A stretch of 64,000 bases of DNA, from assembly GCA_038087875.1 (NCBI GenBank), contig CM075994.1:11596001-11660000 (forward strand), written 5' to 3'. This DNA is from Malacoraja senta (Eukaryota). Below are positions 12,001 through 24,700 of this stretch, one piece after another. The notes under the pieces were generated by a model. The model did no database searches and had not been told where the DNA came from. It saw only the letters and a program-made list of their open reading frames with translations. Positions within the stretch are counted from its first letter, which is position 1; each line of letters starts with the position of its first letter. A program made the translations under genes and the position numbers.

Positions 12001-13203
12001 AATACTTCAAAGAGGCACACAGCGGTCACCCAGGAGCCGACTCCACACTGGTACGCGCTCGTGGTCTGTTCTACTGGCCGGGAATGGCCACGTACATCTG
12101 GGACCGCATAGCCTCTTGCCCCACTTGCAACAATCTTGCGCCTCGTTAGCAGCGGCAACCCCTTCTGCAACAACCTCCACCAGCACTGCCTTGGATGTCG
12201 CTGGCGGCGGACATTTTCGAATGGTGCGGAAAGCACTATCTCGTTCTGGTCGACTCTTTTTCTAACTGGTTTGAACTGGACCAACTGACCTCCATCACAT
12301 CTGAGATGGTCATCAAGAAGCTGAAACGACACTTCTCAGCCTATGGCGCTCCTGTCATCCTGAGAAACGACAACGGTCCACAGTTCACCAGCCACATGTT
12401 CAAGCTTTTCGCAGACCGATGGAACTTCCAGCACGTCACAAGCAGTCCCGAGTATCCACAGAGTAATGGACTCGCTGAACGCGCTGTCAGAAGCGCCAAG
12501 CACTTGCTGGATGGAGCGCGCATTTCAAAGTCAGACGTCTATCTCGATCTCCCGAATCTCAGAAACATCGCCAGAGACGGAACCTTGGGATCGCCGGCAC
12601 AGCGTTTACTCTCGAGAGTGACGAGGTTTCCGGTCCCCATCGTACAACAGCAGCTGGTCCCTCGGGTGCTGAAGCCCGCCACTATCCTGCAACGTCTCCA
12701 TGACATCCAGAAACGGTCATACGACAGTTCAAGCAGACCACTCAAGCCTCTACTGCCGGGCCAGGTCGTCCGTCTACGAACTTCAACTGGACATTCCCGT
12801 CTGGGCATTGTTGTACGCCCGACTGATGAGCCGCGATCTTACCTTGTGGATTGTGAGGGAGCGGTATACCGGTGAAGTCGACAATACCTGCTTGCTGTGA
12901 GGGAACCCCGACCACCGCCTGCTGATCCCTATGCTGCGCCGCTCCAGTTCCAGCCGCCTTTTGCAATGTCTCCCACCCGTCCCCGCATGCCTTGCACCCC
13001 CCCCCCCACGTCCCTCGGTCTCCACTAACCACGGGGTTCCACCTACCGCATGTTTCCCCTTTCGGTCACCACATGGCTCTCCCGTGCCATTCTCGCCTCC
13101 AGGCTCTCCGTCTCATCCTTCAGGTGAGGGAGGGGATGGTTGGGTCCGCACGCGCTCGGGCCGTGTTAGTAAACCACCAGACAGATATGGCGAGTATGTT
13201 TAA
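9063..13203 (+). pseudogene. Gypsy gag-pol, broken by several frameshifts and stops
   Basis: Gag MASSCRKPDPLVFE...; zinc knuckle CNYCKKLNHFASVC; protease LDTGA; RT LDAKNSFW...IVDDIL; RNase H IACDA...YAQIEKELLA; integrase H-H-C-C, LVLVD, NDNGPQF, SNGLAERAV; C-terminal TRSGRVSKPPDRY. Confidence 0.93.
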
Positions 13204-13251
13204 CTTCATGGTATGGTTGCCCTTTCCACATTTAATCTTTAGGGGGAAGGA

Positions 13252-13460
13252 TGTAGATTGATGATGCATTTGAACCAATCACACATAAGCCAGCATCACT
13301 AACTCCACCCCAATATAACACTTATACTAACGCTTGTTCCCGGCACTGCCAGTCTGAGCAGCTAGGATGTACTGACAACCTATTGTCCTGAACGCTGCTA
13401 AGTTTCAGTGCTGATTAAAGATGTGTTTAAATCATACACTGACTCTGGTGCTTGTTTACA
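13252..13460 (+). repeat. 3' LTR (209 bp)
   Basis: Follows the polypurine tract and repeats 8775-8982. Confidence 0.95.
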
Positions 13461-13669
13461 CGAACGATGATTGAAATGCGTGGGTATCGACTAATCGCGA
13501 TCCTGCTACGAAATTTTTAAGTCGAAAATTGTATTTTATTTCAAAGTGGGAATTTGAAGATAGGGACAGAGATGCTACACATAGATTTTAAACTCGGGAG
13601 AGCTCTTGGGTGAACTCGCACTCACCTCACAAATCGCAGCCAACAGTGGTGGTGAGGCAGAAGGGAGAA

Positions 13670-14260
13670 CTCTCTCTCTCTCTCTCCAATTCTCTCTCTC
13701 TCTCCCCTTCTCTCTCCCTTTCTCTCTCTGTCCCCTTCTCTCCCCCCCTCTCTCTCTCTCTCTCCCCCCTCACTCTCTCTCCCTCTCTCTCTCCCCTTCT
13801 CTCTCCAATTCTCTCTCGCCCCCTCTCTCCCTCTCCCCCTTCCTCTCTCTCTCTCCAATTTATTCTCTCTCTCTCCCCCTCTCTCTCTCCCTTTCTCTCC
13901 CCTTCCTCTCTCTCCTCTATCAAATTCCCTCTCTCTCTCCCTCTCCCTCCCTCCCCAATCCTCTACCCCCAGCCACGATTATATCGACAGTTCACTCCAC
14001 GAGTGTGTGTGCGTGAGCCGAGCAGTGTTTCTAATTCTGACTCTGCTCCGTGAGCTGCTCGTATTCACAGTAATCGTGTCCAACTCTTAACAGAAAAAGT
14101 GTGGTTTGCAACTGAAAATCCCCCCTCTCTGTCTCTCCACTGCCCACCCCCCACACACACAGACAGAGACACACACGCAGATAGAGACACACAAACACAG
14201 ATACAGAGACACAGAAACACACAGCCACAAAGACACAAAAAAACATACACAGACACAGAG

Positions 14261-14352
<92 letters not shown>

Positions 14353-14465
14353 ACACATAGACAGACAGACACACACATACATACATACAGACACACACAC
14401 ACACAGACAGACACACACAGACACATACAGACACACACAGACAGACACACAGACAGACACACACA
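13670..14465. repeat. CT-rich and (CA)n-rich simple repeats
   Basis: CT-rich tract at about 13670-13955 and CA/GACA tract at about 14150-14465. Confidence 0.95.
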
Positions 14466-15104
14466 GGGTTAAATCCCACCTGTACCCCGGCCCGGACATT
14501 AACCCCGACACCAATATTAACACAGACTCAAACCTCTAACCTTGTCTGTTGTTGTACCAGCACCGAACGAGTTAACACAACCCCCAGATCTGTTTATCCA
14601 CCGATTGTCTCCCTCTCGCACTTATCCGGCCTGTTGTCTTTAGTTTCTGCTTCAGGTCTTTTAACTCTATCCCCCCGAACAAGAGCGGGCCGGTACGCCG
14701 CCGATTTCATACAAATCTGAATCTTACTCGCCGTCCCCTCTCTCACGCACACACCGCCCGCCTGCTGAGTTCGCTGCGGTGCTGGGGCTTGCTGCCCTGT
14801 AGACTCCCATACCCCCCACCCCCCCGGGTCCACACCAGAGTCTCGGCCGCTCCGGCGGCAGCGAGTGACACAATTTAACACATTTACTGATGAATGTGGA
14901 TCGATGCATTGATGACCCATTGAATAACTGCTTGTTAACTACTGGCTGTTAACCGCTACAGTAGCAGTTAACCCATCGTTTATTATTCACAGCGGTTGTT
15001 ATCCATGTTCGTTTTGTAAAAAAAAATCCGTATGGCAAATGTTTTTTTTTAATCTTTATTTAACAAAGCGAATTTGTATTTCCTTATGAAATACGGAAAA
15101 TTAA

Positions 15105-15173
15105 CGCGGGGCCCCCCTTGGGCGCGGGGCCCAATTTGAAAAAATCGGTCCAATCGGCCTAAGGCCGGCCCTA
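15105..15173 (-). mobile_element. Possible terminus of a hAT-like DNA transposon or MITE
   Basis: Reverse complement begins AGGGCCGGCCTTAGGCCGATTGGACC, resembling GC-rich (C/T)AGGGCCGG termini. The partner end was not found. Confidence 0.35.
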
Positions 15174-15427
15174 GGTACCGTACATCGTACCCGGGCCCGG
15201 ATTCTAAAAGGGGGCCCGGGAGCCGAAGGAGGGGGCCGGGAATTTCTTGAAATCTCAGAAAATGTTTTGCATTATTTTGTGAATACTAGCATTAACAGTT
15301 TGTGTGAGCCTACAAAGTTTTATATATCGTAATTCGTAGAAATTGTTATCCACAATGAAGCGGGGGATATTAACTGGCGGGTGTGAGGTCGGGGTAACCC
15401 GATTAAAAGATGGGGAAGGGGAAGACC

Positions 15428-15830
15428 CATCACTACTGATGGATCTTCCCTGTAGGAGACGGGTGGAGCACTAGGACCCAACAGAATCATCACTACTGAT
15501 GGGGCTGCCCTGTAGGAGTGGGGGGGGGGGGGGCACTATGACCCAGCAGAGTCACCACTACATATGGATCTTCCCTGTTGGAGGGGGGGAGCACTAGGAC
15601 CCACCAGAGTCATCACTACTGATGGATCTCCCCTATAGGAGAAGGGGAGCACTAGGACCCAACAGAGTCATCACTACTGATGGGTCTTCACTGTACGAGG
15701 GGGGGGGGGGCACTAGGACCCAGCAGAGTCATCACTACTGATGGGTCTTCACTCAATAAGGGTGGGGGGGGGCACTAGGACCCAGCAGAGTCATCACTAC
15801 TGATGGGTCTTCCCTGTAAGAGATGGGGGG
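15428..15830. repeat. Minisatellite, unit about 60 bp, about 7 copies
   Basis: CATCACTACTGATGG(A/G)TCTT...G-run...CACTAGGACCCAGCAGAGT repeated. Confidence 0.9.
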
Positions 15831-16689
15831 ACAAGTATCTCTTCTAAGATCATCCCTCATCGTGGAAAAGCAGCCAACATAATCAAATAGTTGTTCTACC
15901 CCGGTCATTCCTTCTTCTCACTGTTCTTGTCGGGCAGAAGGTACATAATCTTGAAAGCGCCTAATACTAGTCTCTGGAACAGCCTCCTCCCCTCTGTTAT
16001 CAGGCTTCTGAATGGTCCTTCCATAAGCTAGACATTCTGGGTTGAAGGGCCTGTTCCTGTGCTGTATTGATGGCGTCTTGTTTTATCTGTTGAGCGGCAG
16101 TGCAAGGTTGATTTTCTGACCAGAGTGGAGCTTACTTTACTTTAGAGATACAGCATGGAAGTAGGCCCTTGGGCCCACCGAGTCCACATCGACCTTCGAT
16201 CACCAATTAACACTTGGTCTCTGTTATCCCACCTTCCCGTTCAATCCCAACATACTTGGGGCAATTTACAGAGGGCCAATTACCCTACAAACCCGCATGT
16301 CTTTTGAATGTGGGAGAAAATCGGAGCACCCGGAGGAAACCCACGCGGTCACAGGGAGAATGTGCACGCTCCGAACAGTGAACATGGTCAGGATCGAACC
16401 CGGGTCTCTGGCCCCGTGGGGCAGCGGTTCAATCTGCTGCTCCATATTCCCTCAGAAATATGAACCCTTCCATTTCCAGATACTGTACACTGCCCGACCT
16501 GCTGAATGCCGACAACGTTTTATGTTTTTTGTTGGCATTTTATGGTCAGACTCACGTTCCAATCACCCATTTAACTGGAAAACTTTAATAAACACAGATG
16601 GTGAAAATCCAAAATAAAGACATAAGATCCAAGAAATACTCTGCAGGACGGTTAGCGTCTCTCAAGAGAGAAGCTGCAGAGAGTTAATC

Positions 16690-17365
16690 ATAATTGTAAT
16701 TTATTAGACAAGTATCTTTTGCAACATACGAGGAATTTGGTTGCCATACAATCAAACAAATAAAAAAGAACAAGACACACAACTACATAAAATTTTGACA
16801 TAAACATCCACCACTGCGGCTCCTCCATATTACCAACTGTGATGGAAGGCCATAAAGTCTTATCGTCTTTCCCCCTTTCCTCCAGCAACCGGCGATCGAA
16901 CTCCCACGTCGGGACGATCCAAGCTCCAGCATCAGGGCGGTGGAATCTCCGCGGTTTGGAGTTCCTGAAGTCGGTTCCTAACTAGGGACCGCGAGCTCCA
17001 TGATGTTAAGTCCGCAGCTCCCTCAGGTTGGAGCACCAAAGGCCGACCCCTGACAAAGGGATCGCATGCTCCGAGGTGTTAAAGTCCACAGAATCCGCGT
17101 TGGAATCCGAGTCCCAGCCGCCAACTCTACGATGTTAGGGCCGCAGTGCGGACGGAGATACGACACAGAATAAGTCACATCTCCGTCAAGGAAAGAGATT
17201 TATAAAAAAGGCGACCCCCCCCCCCTCCCCCCACACACACACACAACACAAAACTAAAGATAAACGAAAACATACAATTTACAACAAACGAAAAACACAA
17301 AGAAGGAAAAAGACGAAGACCGACCGTTGGCGAGGCAGCGATTGTTCGCAGCCACCTGGTGGTAA
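16690..17365 (-). mobile_element. GC-rich non-autonomous retroposon (family also at 1348-1907 + and 28790-29320 -)
   Basis: Shares the 5' end ACCACC(A/G)GGTGGC...GCTGCCTCGCCAAC with 1348-1907, and the block CTTCCATCACAGT...GTGGTGGAT with both other copies. Confidence 0.65.
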
Positions 17366-18358
17366 AACATCCAGTGAATTCCAGACACTCCAAAGACGTA
17401 CGTTAATTAGCTTGGAATCATTGTAAATTGTCCCGAGTGTGTTTAGGATAGTGTAATTGGGCGGGGTTCGCTGGTCAGCGTGGATTCGGTGGGCCAAAGG
17501 GCCCTTTTCCGCGCTGTATCTCTAAACTAAACTCGACCTGAAACGTCACCCATTTCTTCTATCTAGAGATGTTGCCTGTACCACTGAGTTACTCCACCAT
17601 TTTGTGTAAATCTTAAGAAACTAAACAAATGGTGTGTTCTGTGCTGTACTATTCTATGTTCTATGTTAAATACTTGGAACTGAACTCCGACTATCTTTAA
17701 TCAGACTTTACTGGGTTTTATCTTGCTATAGACGTTATTCCCTTTATCCTGTATCTGTACACCCTCAGGCTTTCCTTGATCAGCCTTTGCTGGCGTTACC
17801 TTGCGCTAAACATTATTCCCTTATCATGTATCTATACACTGTCAATGGTTCGATTGTAATCATGTATGTCTTTCTGCTGACTGGTTAGCACGCAACAAAA
17901 GATTTTCACTCTACCTCGGTACACGTGACAATAAACTCAACTGAACTTAACTTTAGGATGACAGGATAAGTTCCAGTTACAGAAGATTTTCACAGCCCAG
18001 AATTAAGACTACCAATTAATAAAGGGCTGTAGGTCGGCTTGGGGCAATCATGTATATCGGTTTAGCAGAACAATAGAGCTTTGTTTATTCGAGGCCCTGC
18101 AAGAGTCTTGCTTCCATCATACCGGTTGCCATCAAAGCTGAAGTGAACAATAATCAGTCGGTATGTGTAGGAAGGAACTGTAGGTGCTGGTTTAAACCGA
18201 ATATGAACACAAAGAGCTGGTGTAACTCACCGGGACAGGCAGCATCTCTGGAGAGAAAGAATGGATGACGTTTCGGGTCAAGACCCTTCTTCAAACGGTC
18301 AGAATCGACCCGTGTGTAGGAAGGAACTGCAGATGCTGGTTTAAGTCGAAGATAGAGT

Positions 18359-18386
18359 CTGAAGAAGGGTCTCGACCCGAAACGTC
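18359..18386 (+). ncRNA. Minimal type I hammerhead ribozyme core in a Penelope terminal repeat
   Basis: CUGAAGA-A-GGGUC-UC-GACCC-GAAAC-GUC: both catalytic boxes, stem II and a GUC triplet are present. Helix I is weak (about 2 bp). Confidence 0.6.
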
Positions 18387-19543
18387 ACCCATTCATTCTC
18401 TCTAGAGATGCTGCATGTCCCGCAGATTTGCTCCAGCCTTTTGTGTCTATCTTCAGAAATCAGTTAGTGACAAGCTTTGAGTTTAAAGTGTGAAGATGTT
18501 AAAGGGGATGATTGAGGTATAAGTGAGGAGAGAATCAGGCTGGCAGATGGCATAATAGAACCTGATTACACGATAATCAGAAACAAATATGGTCTGAACG
18601 AGAGCTAGAACGAAAGCATTAAATTCTCCAAGTAAACGAAGCAAGTTTTAGAGATATAGGTTTCAAAAGTCTTGTGTTGTCACATGTACCAATTAAGGTT
18701 GAGTGATATGCGAATTACCATACAGCCATAGCAAAAAAAGCAACAAGACACACAAGTGCATAAAAGTTAACATAAACATCCACCACAGCGGATTCCCAAC
18801 ATTCCTCACTGTGATGGAAGGCAAAAAGTCTAAACCGCTTCTTCTTTATTATCTTCCTCTATATAGCACGGAAACAGTTCCTTCGGCCCACCGAATCCGC
18901 ACCGACCACCGATCCCTGCACAACAGCACTTTCCCACACACAGTAAGGACAATTTACAATTTTACCGAATGTCTTTGGAGTGTGGGTGGAAACCGGAGCA
19001 CCCGGTGAAAACCCACGCAGGTCACGGGAGAACGTACATACTCCGTACAGACGGCACCCTAATACCCATCTGAGGCACAAGAATTCCCAAATGGACAACA
19101 ATGAAAATAAATTAGGGCAGACACACAGACTGGAAAGGTTTGGAGGGGTAGACACAAAGTGCCGGAGTAATTCAGCGGGTCAGGCATCATCTCTGGAATT
19201 GGCAGATGCTGAAAATATAAAATGAGATGCGAGAAATACTCAGCTGGACGGTAGCGTCTGTGGAGAGAGAAACAGAGTTAATGACTCAGGTTGAACACCA
19301 TTCGTCATCAGTATTAGATCTGAAATGTAAGGTCTGTTTCACCTTGCAGATGCTGCCTGACCTGCTGATCATTTGGGGCAATGTCTGCTTTTATTCCACA
19401 TTTTAAGCTGTGCATTTGGTTTGACCCGCAGGTGTGGTAACAGGTCGCAAAAGGCACTTATTAAATCAGATTCCCGCTGTTTCTGCAATTGTCAAAGTTA
19501 GTTCTCAAAGTTACAGCTGGTCTGTGGTCGCACCATGTGGCTT

Positions 19544-19562
19544 TGCTGCCATCTAGTGGCCG
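19544..19562 (-). promoter_or_regulatory. CTCF consensus motif
   Basis: Reverse complement CGGCCACTAGATGGCAGCA fits CCACYAGRKGGCR. Confidence 0.6.
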
Positions 19563-19806
19563 AACCAAGACGTGACGCAGTTAACGCGTTGAAATGAACG
19601 GATGGACAGCTCTGACTTCAGTTGCTGTTTATTTCACTCTTCCCACATTTACATACCACCTGGATTTATTTCCGCGCTCACCGGGGTTTTACGATGCGCA
19701 ATTTGGGGATTAAATGGAGCCGTTCAGCGCCGACCTGTTGTCCACCGGGTTTCTGCCCCACAGCCCCTGAGCCCCGCTCCTGACGCCGGTCCCGGGACCG
19801 ACCGTT

Positions 19807-20336
19807 TTACACACCCGGAGCGTGACCGGAGCAGATTCTCAACCAGTTTATATCCCAAGTTTCGAAGAAAGGATAAAGTTTCTCCGTGAATTTATTCCCA
19901 GTGAAGGTGTGGAGATTGGACTTGGTGTTCGCGTCGTAAAATGAAACAGTCCCGGACTCGTAAATGAGATAAACTCCCACCCTCCCGGGGAAGAGACGGG
20001 CGGAGGGAGGGGATGGAGGGGAGGTGAGTGTATCAAACTCGTCAACCCACCGCCTGATGCTCCAGACTCCAGTCTCCGGGCTCAGTGTGACCCATCTATT
20101 CCTCGCCACAGACTCTGCGGCAACTCCCAGACACCATCCCCGACCCGCCGTCACCTCCACCTCCCAGTAATGTCTCCCCGATGTGGATCCCTCCGATGCC
20201 AGCACATACGTCCAGACTGTAAACCTTTTCACGGTGTCAGGGAGACTCCTCCGGGTCCGGGTCAGTCTCACGCTCATTCGATCCTCAGTGACCTCGAGCT
20301 CCGGATGCGCTGTTTCCACATCCAGGGTGACGGAGA
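19807..20336 (-). CDS. PRY/SPRY (B30.2) terminal exon, TRIM copy 1, open frame
   Basis: VSVTLDVETAHPELEV...SGRHYWEVEV...VGVYL...GTVSFYD...EKLYPFF, with a CCCCAG acceptor at 20337. Confidence 0.9.
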
Positions 20337-23300
20337 CTGGGGGAGAAGCAGAGAATCAGAGAGTCCTCGGGGGTCTGGGGGAGACTCGGGCAACGCGGAC
20401 CCGGGGGTGAAGCCGCTCGGCCTCAGGCATAGGCGGGTGGACAACGAAAACCTTGACCGAGTTTCACCCACAACCACATCGGATAGACAACAGACATCTC
20501 TCCATGAGTTTTTATCCGGAATGGAGTGGGGAATTCCGTGAGGCGGGGGGGGGGGGGGGTTGGACGGGAAGGATGAGTGCGGAAAGTGGGGAGGATTGCG
20601 AGATTGCGAGATTGCAGTGGGGATGGAGTAATGAAGCGGGCTATTCAGATATGGAGGCATATTTGAGCAAGAGCATATCTGAGGTGAGTGGTAATTTGAG
20701 GGTGTTAAAGAGGAGGTAGAGGTGTGGTGTGGAGTCACCATGATCATAGTGAATGGGGGGAGACATGTGGGGCCAGATGATCTGACCTTCTTTGAGTGGA
20801 GGGTGAGAGATAGGGAGGGGTGGCTTGGACCTTGGAAGGAAGCAGAGGTTGAATGATCGGGTGTTAGACATATGAGTGGAGAGTTGTAGTTGTAGGGTCG
20901 CTGAAAGAGAGTGGATTCACGGGTGGATTTGATGCGTGTGTACAAGAGCACACTGATCTCATTGTGAACCAATATATGAACTTAACCGAGGGACTTGACA
21001 ATGTTTCGCATGTAAGCCTGGTCCAGAAAGTGAAGGGAGGTGGGATCCAAGGGGAGCTGGTGAAATGGATCCAAAATTGGCTTGGTGGTTGAAGGTAGAA
21101 GATAGCGGTAGAAGTGATTTTTCTGCTTGGAGGTCTGTGACTGGTGCAGTGCAGCAGAGATCGGTGCTGCAACCTTTGTTGTTTATGTTCTATGTTCATG
21201 GCTTGGATGTGAATGTAGGAGGTGTGATTATAAGTGTGTGCAGGACGCAAAAAATGTGGATAGCAGGAAAGGTTTGCAAAATCTGCAGCAGGATATCGGG
21301 TAAATTATCAAAATCGTATTCGCATGCAGGGATATCAGATCAAGAGAGTGCAGGTTTATTTTTTGAGCAAGGAATTTTAAAGTGGTTCTGTTGGAAGTTG
21401 TCTTTACACTGAGAGTGGGTGATATCTGGAACATGTTACAGAGGAGGGGGTGGAGTGAGATATAATCACTATATTGAGGCACAAATAGGTCAGGTGCAGA
21501 AAAATACCGATGTAATGCGAACAAATCTTTTACTGTAGCTGGGGAAAAGGTGGTCATGGACGTTATGTGCCGAAGGGCCTGATTCTGTAATGTACAACCA
21601 TGGCTCTCAGCTCCAAGAGCACTGAATGACCGAGTAATCTCGGTCACCGGCGCAGGGAATTCCAAAGGTTCCCCAGTCTCTGCGTGCAGTAATGTCTCCT
21701 TATCTCTGTCCTACATGGTGCAGCCCACATTCTGAGAGGGTGCCCGTTCTCCAGACCACTCAGACAGGGGAAACATTCTCCCTGCATCCTGCCTACTAAG
21801 CCCTCTAAGAATGTTGTGTTTCACTAAGATCTCCTCCTATACACCCAAACTCTCGAGTACACAGGCCTAGTCTACTCAATCTCACCCGCTCAGCAAACTC
21901 ATTGTCATAGAAACAAGTATTGTTAATCTTTGCTGCATTTCCTCTGTGTCAAGTCTGTCAATTTATTGGTACACAGGAGCATATGAACACAAGAAAACAG
22001 GAGCAGGATTAGGATCGGCTCCTCAGGCTTGCCCCTCTATTCAATGTGATCATGGCTGATCTAAGCTGGCACCAATTACTCTTCTGTGTGAGTTCCCCAT
22101 AATCTTAATTTTTCCATCTACCAAATATTTAGTTTAGCCACGTTGCAGATATCCAATAAATCAGCTTTTCACCACCATCGTGGGAACCATATTCCAGATA
22201 TTCACTGCACTCTGAGAGATGTAACATCTACACACCGCAAGAGAGGCCGCTCTAGAAGGTTGGATCTCATGAATCCGGGGTGAACTAGCCGATGGAATAC
22301 AACATTTACCAGAAGGTCGCAGGCAGAGGATGTTGGTAGAGGGTCGTTTTTCAGACTGGAGACAGAGTCCACTGCTGTTCCTTATTTATTAACACTATTG
22401 GGTGTGTATGTAGGTTGCACGGTTAGTCAGTTTGTAGATGGAGCTAAAATTGGTGACATTGTAGAGAGTGAAGAAGGTTATCTGAGAGTAAATGGGATCC
22501 CTGTGAACTGGGCCACTGGGCTCAGGAACGGCAGGTGGGATGTATTCATGTGAAGGTGAGGTGATGCACTTTGCTGAGACAAACCACGGCAGGACATACA
22601 CAGTAAACAGGGAACTTTATTGAACTGAGAGATCTCGGGCTGCAGGTACACAGGGCCATGGAAGATGCAAAAGTGACAGACAGGGTGGTGAAGAATGTAT
22701 GTGTCACTCATGCTTTCACATGTCACGAAATTAATTACAGTGTTTGACACAAAAATGTTGTTGGCAAACTGGAGAGGTTGGAAGAAGATTTACGAGGATT
22801 CTATCTGGTCTGGAAGATCAGGTGAGCTTGCGCAGGTGGGAACATTTGTCTTTGGAGCCGATCAGGCTGCCTTTATAGACATGTATCAGATTTATACAAG
22901 GTGCACAGATAAGGTGAATAGCCGCAGTATTTTTCCAATCTAAAACTAGAGGACATCGGTTTCAGGTGAGAGAGTAAATACCAAAGGGCACTTGAAGAGC
23001 AGCTTTTTCCAGCAAGCAGGTCGTTCCTGTATGGAATGAACTGCAAGCGGAAGTGGTCAGGGCAGGTATAATTACGATATGTAAGAGACACTTGGGCAGG
23101 TAGGTGTATAGGAACGACTTGGAAGGATATGGGCCAGACGCAGACGAGTGGGGCTAACTTGGGAAACTTGGTCGACATTGGCGAGTGCACTCAGAGGGCC
23201 AATTTCTGTGCTGCATTACTCTCTGACTGTGATGCTTCCCAGCATAGATGAATCTGATTTCCCTTCAATCCATTCATTACATCAACGTCTGCATCGAAGT

Positions 23301-24044
23301 GTTACGTAAAGATATCAAACAACTACAAAGAGAAAGGGATTAAGATTTACCTTGCTTTATGACATCAATTATTTCTCTTAATACGGCGTTGAGCATAAAA
23401 GGGTTATCAGATTGTATCAGATTTATACAAGGTGCATAGATAAGGTGAATAGCCGCAGTATTTTTCACATCAAACTACAAGAGAAAGGGATTAAGATTTA
23501 CCTTGCTTTACGACATCAATTGTTTATCTTAATACGGGGTTGAGCATAAAAGGGTTATCAAATCTTTCGATCGGCAAGGCACCATCTACAACTGACAGTG
23601 ATTTGGCGTCATCATCAACCCTGCAAATATTTAAGGACTGGTTATAAATCGAGCAACAGCATGTTTTTGAGCTGTTCTACAAAAACTTTCAGGACGGAGC
23701 ATGTCCTACCTCATCTTGTAACCAGCTTCCTCCTGCAAGAAATAAAACACAAATCGCAATTAAATGAGATGGCCTTTCCTCGTCAAGACTTTGGGAATTT
23801 CACATAGTTTGCTACAAGCCTTTGATAATTCCTCTTTCCCAACTGAGATTACAGCAACTCTTTCCCAAGGAGCTTGCAGGCAGTGCTGAGCTCCCATAGT
23901 TTATGAGGGAAGCCATTTAGTTTGGAACAACAGCAGCACATTGCAGGGACAGAGGGAAGATTGACCCAGTTCTGAATCACTGGTAAATGTGGCATTTATT
24001 TCACAAATGTCACCCACCATTGTGTGAATGTGCACTTTCACCTA

Positions 24045-24700
24045 TAACCATATAACCATATAACCATTACAGCATGGAAACAAGCCATCTCGGCCCTTCA
24101 AGTCCGTGCCGAACATTAAAAAAATAATAATAATAATAAATAAATAAATACTTCCCCCTAGTCCCATCTACCTGCACTCAGACCATAACCCCTCCATTCA
24201 TTTCCCGTCCATATACCCATCCAATCTATTTTTAAAGGATAAAATCGAATCAGCCTCCACCACTTCCACTGGAAGCTCATTCCACACAGCCACCACTCTC
24301 TGAGTAAAGAAGTTCCCCCTCATGTTACCTTAATTCTCAAATCATGTCCCCTTGTTTGAATCTTGCCTACTCTCAATGGAAAAAGCTTATCCAAGTCAAC
24401 TCTGTCTAACCCGCTCATAATTTTAAAGACCTCTATCAAGTCCCCTCTTAACCTTCTGCACTCCAAAGAATAAAGACCTAACTCGTTCAACCTTTCTCTG
24501 TAACTTAGTTGCTGAAACCCAGGCAACATTCTAGTAAATCTCCTCTGTACTCTCTCTATTTTGTTGATATCCTTCCTATAATTAGGCGACCAAAATTGTA
24601 CTCCATACTCCAGAATTGGCCTCACCAATGCCTTGTACAATTTTAACATTACATGCCAACTTCTATATTCAATGCTCTGATTTATAAAGGCCAGCACCAA
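24045..24700 (-). mobile_element. CR1 LINE 3' end in TRIM copy 1 intron 3
   Basis: ORF LYKALVRPILEYGVQFWSP...RRLRGDLIEVFK, with an (ACCATATA)n tail on the + strand at 24045-24066. Confidence 0.85.

Larger units (their letters stand above)
8775..13460 (+). mobile_element. Full-length degenerate Ty3/Gypsy LTR retrotransposon
   Basis: TG...CA LTRs at 8775-8982 and 13252-13460. PBS-like TGCGTCAGAATTGG follows the 5' LTR and PPT AGGGGGAAGGA is at 13241-13251. Domain order is gag-PR-RT-RNaseH-IN. Confidence 0.95.

Noticed and set aside
13606..14539. LSLS, ERER, CVCV and HTHT ORFs, and similar ones at 31.1-31.7, 50.5-51.3 and 52.7-53.0 kb
   Set aside because: Microsatellite artefacts.
15428..15830. 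CRISPR-like repeat-spacer appearance
   Set aside because: The variable segments are homologous to each other, there are no cas genes, and the context is eukaryotic.
20550..20920. Possible ancient Penelope RT fragment on the minus strand
   Set aside because: Only faint similarity (LYLLFNTLK versus FYLLPKIHK), too degraded to support without an HMM search.
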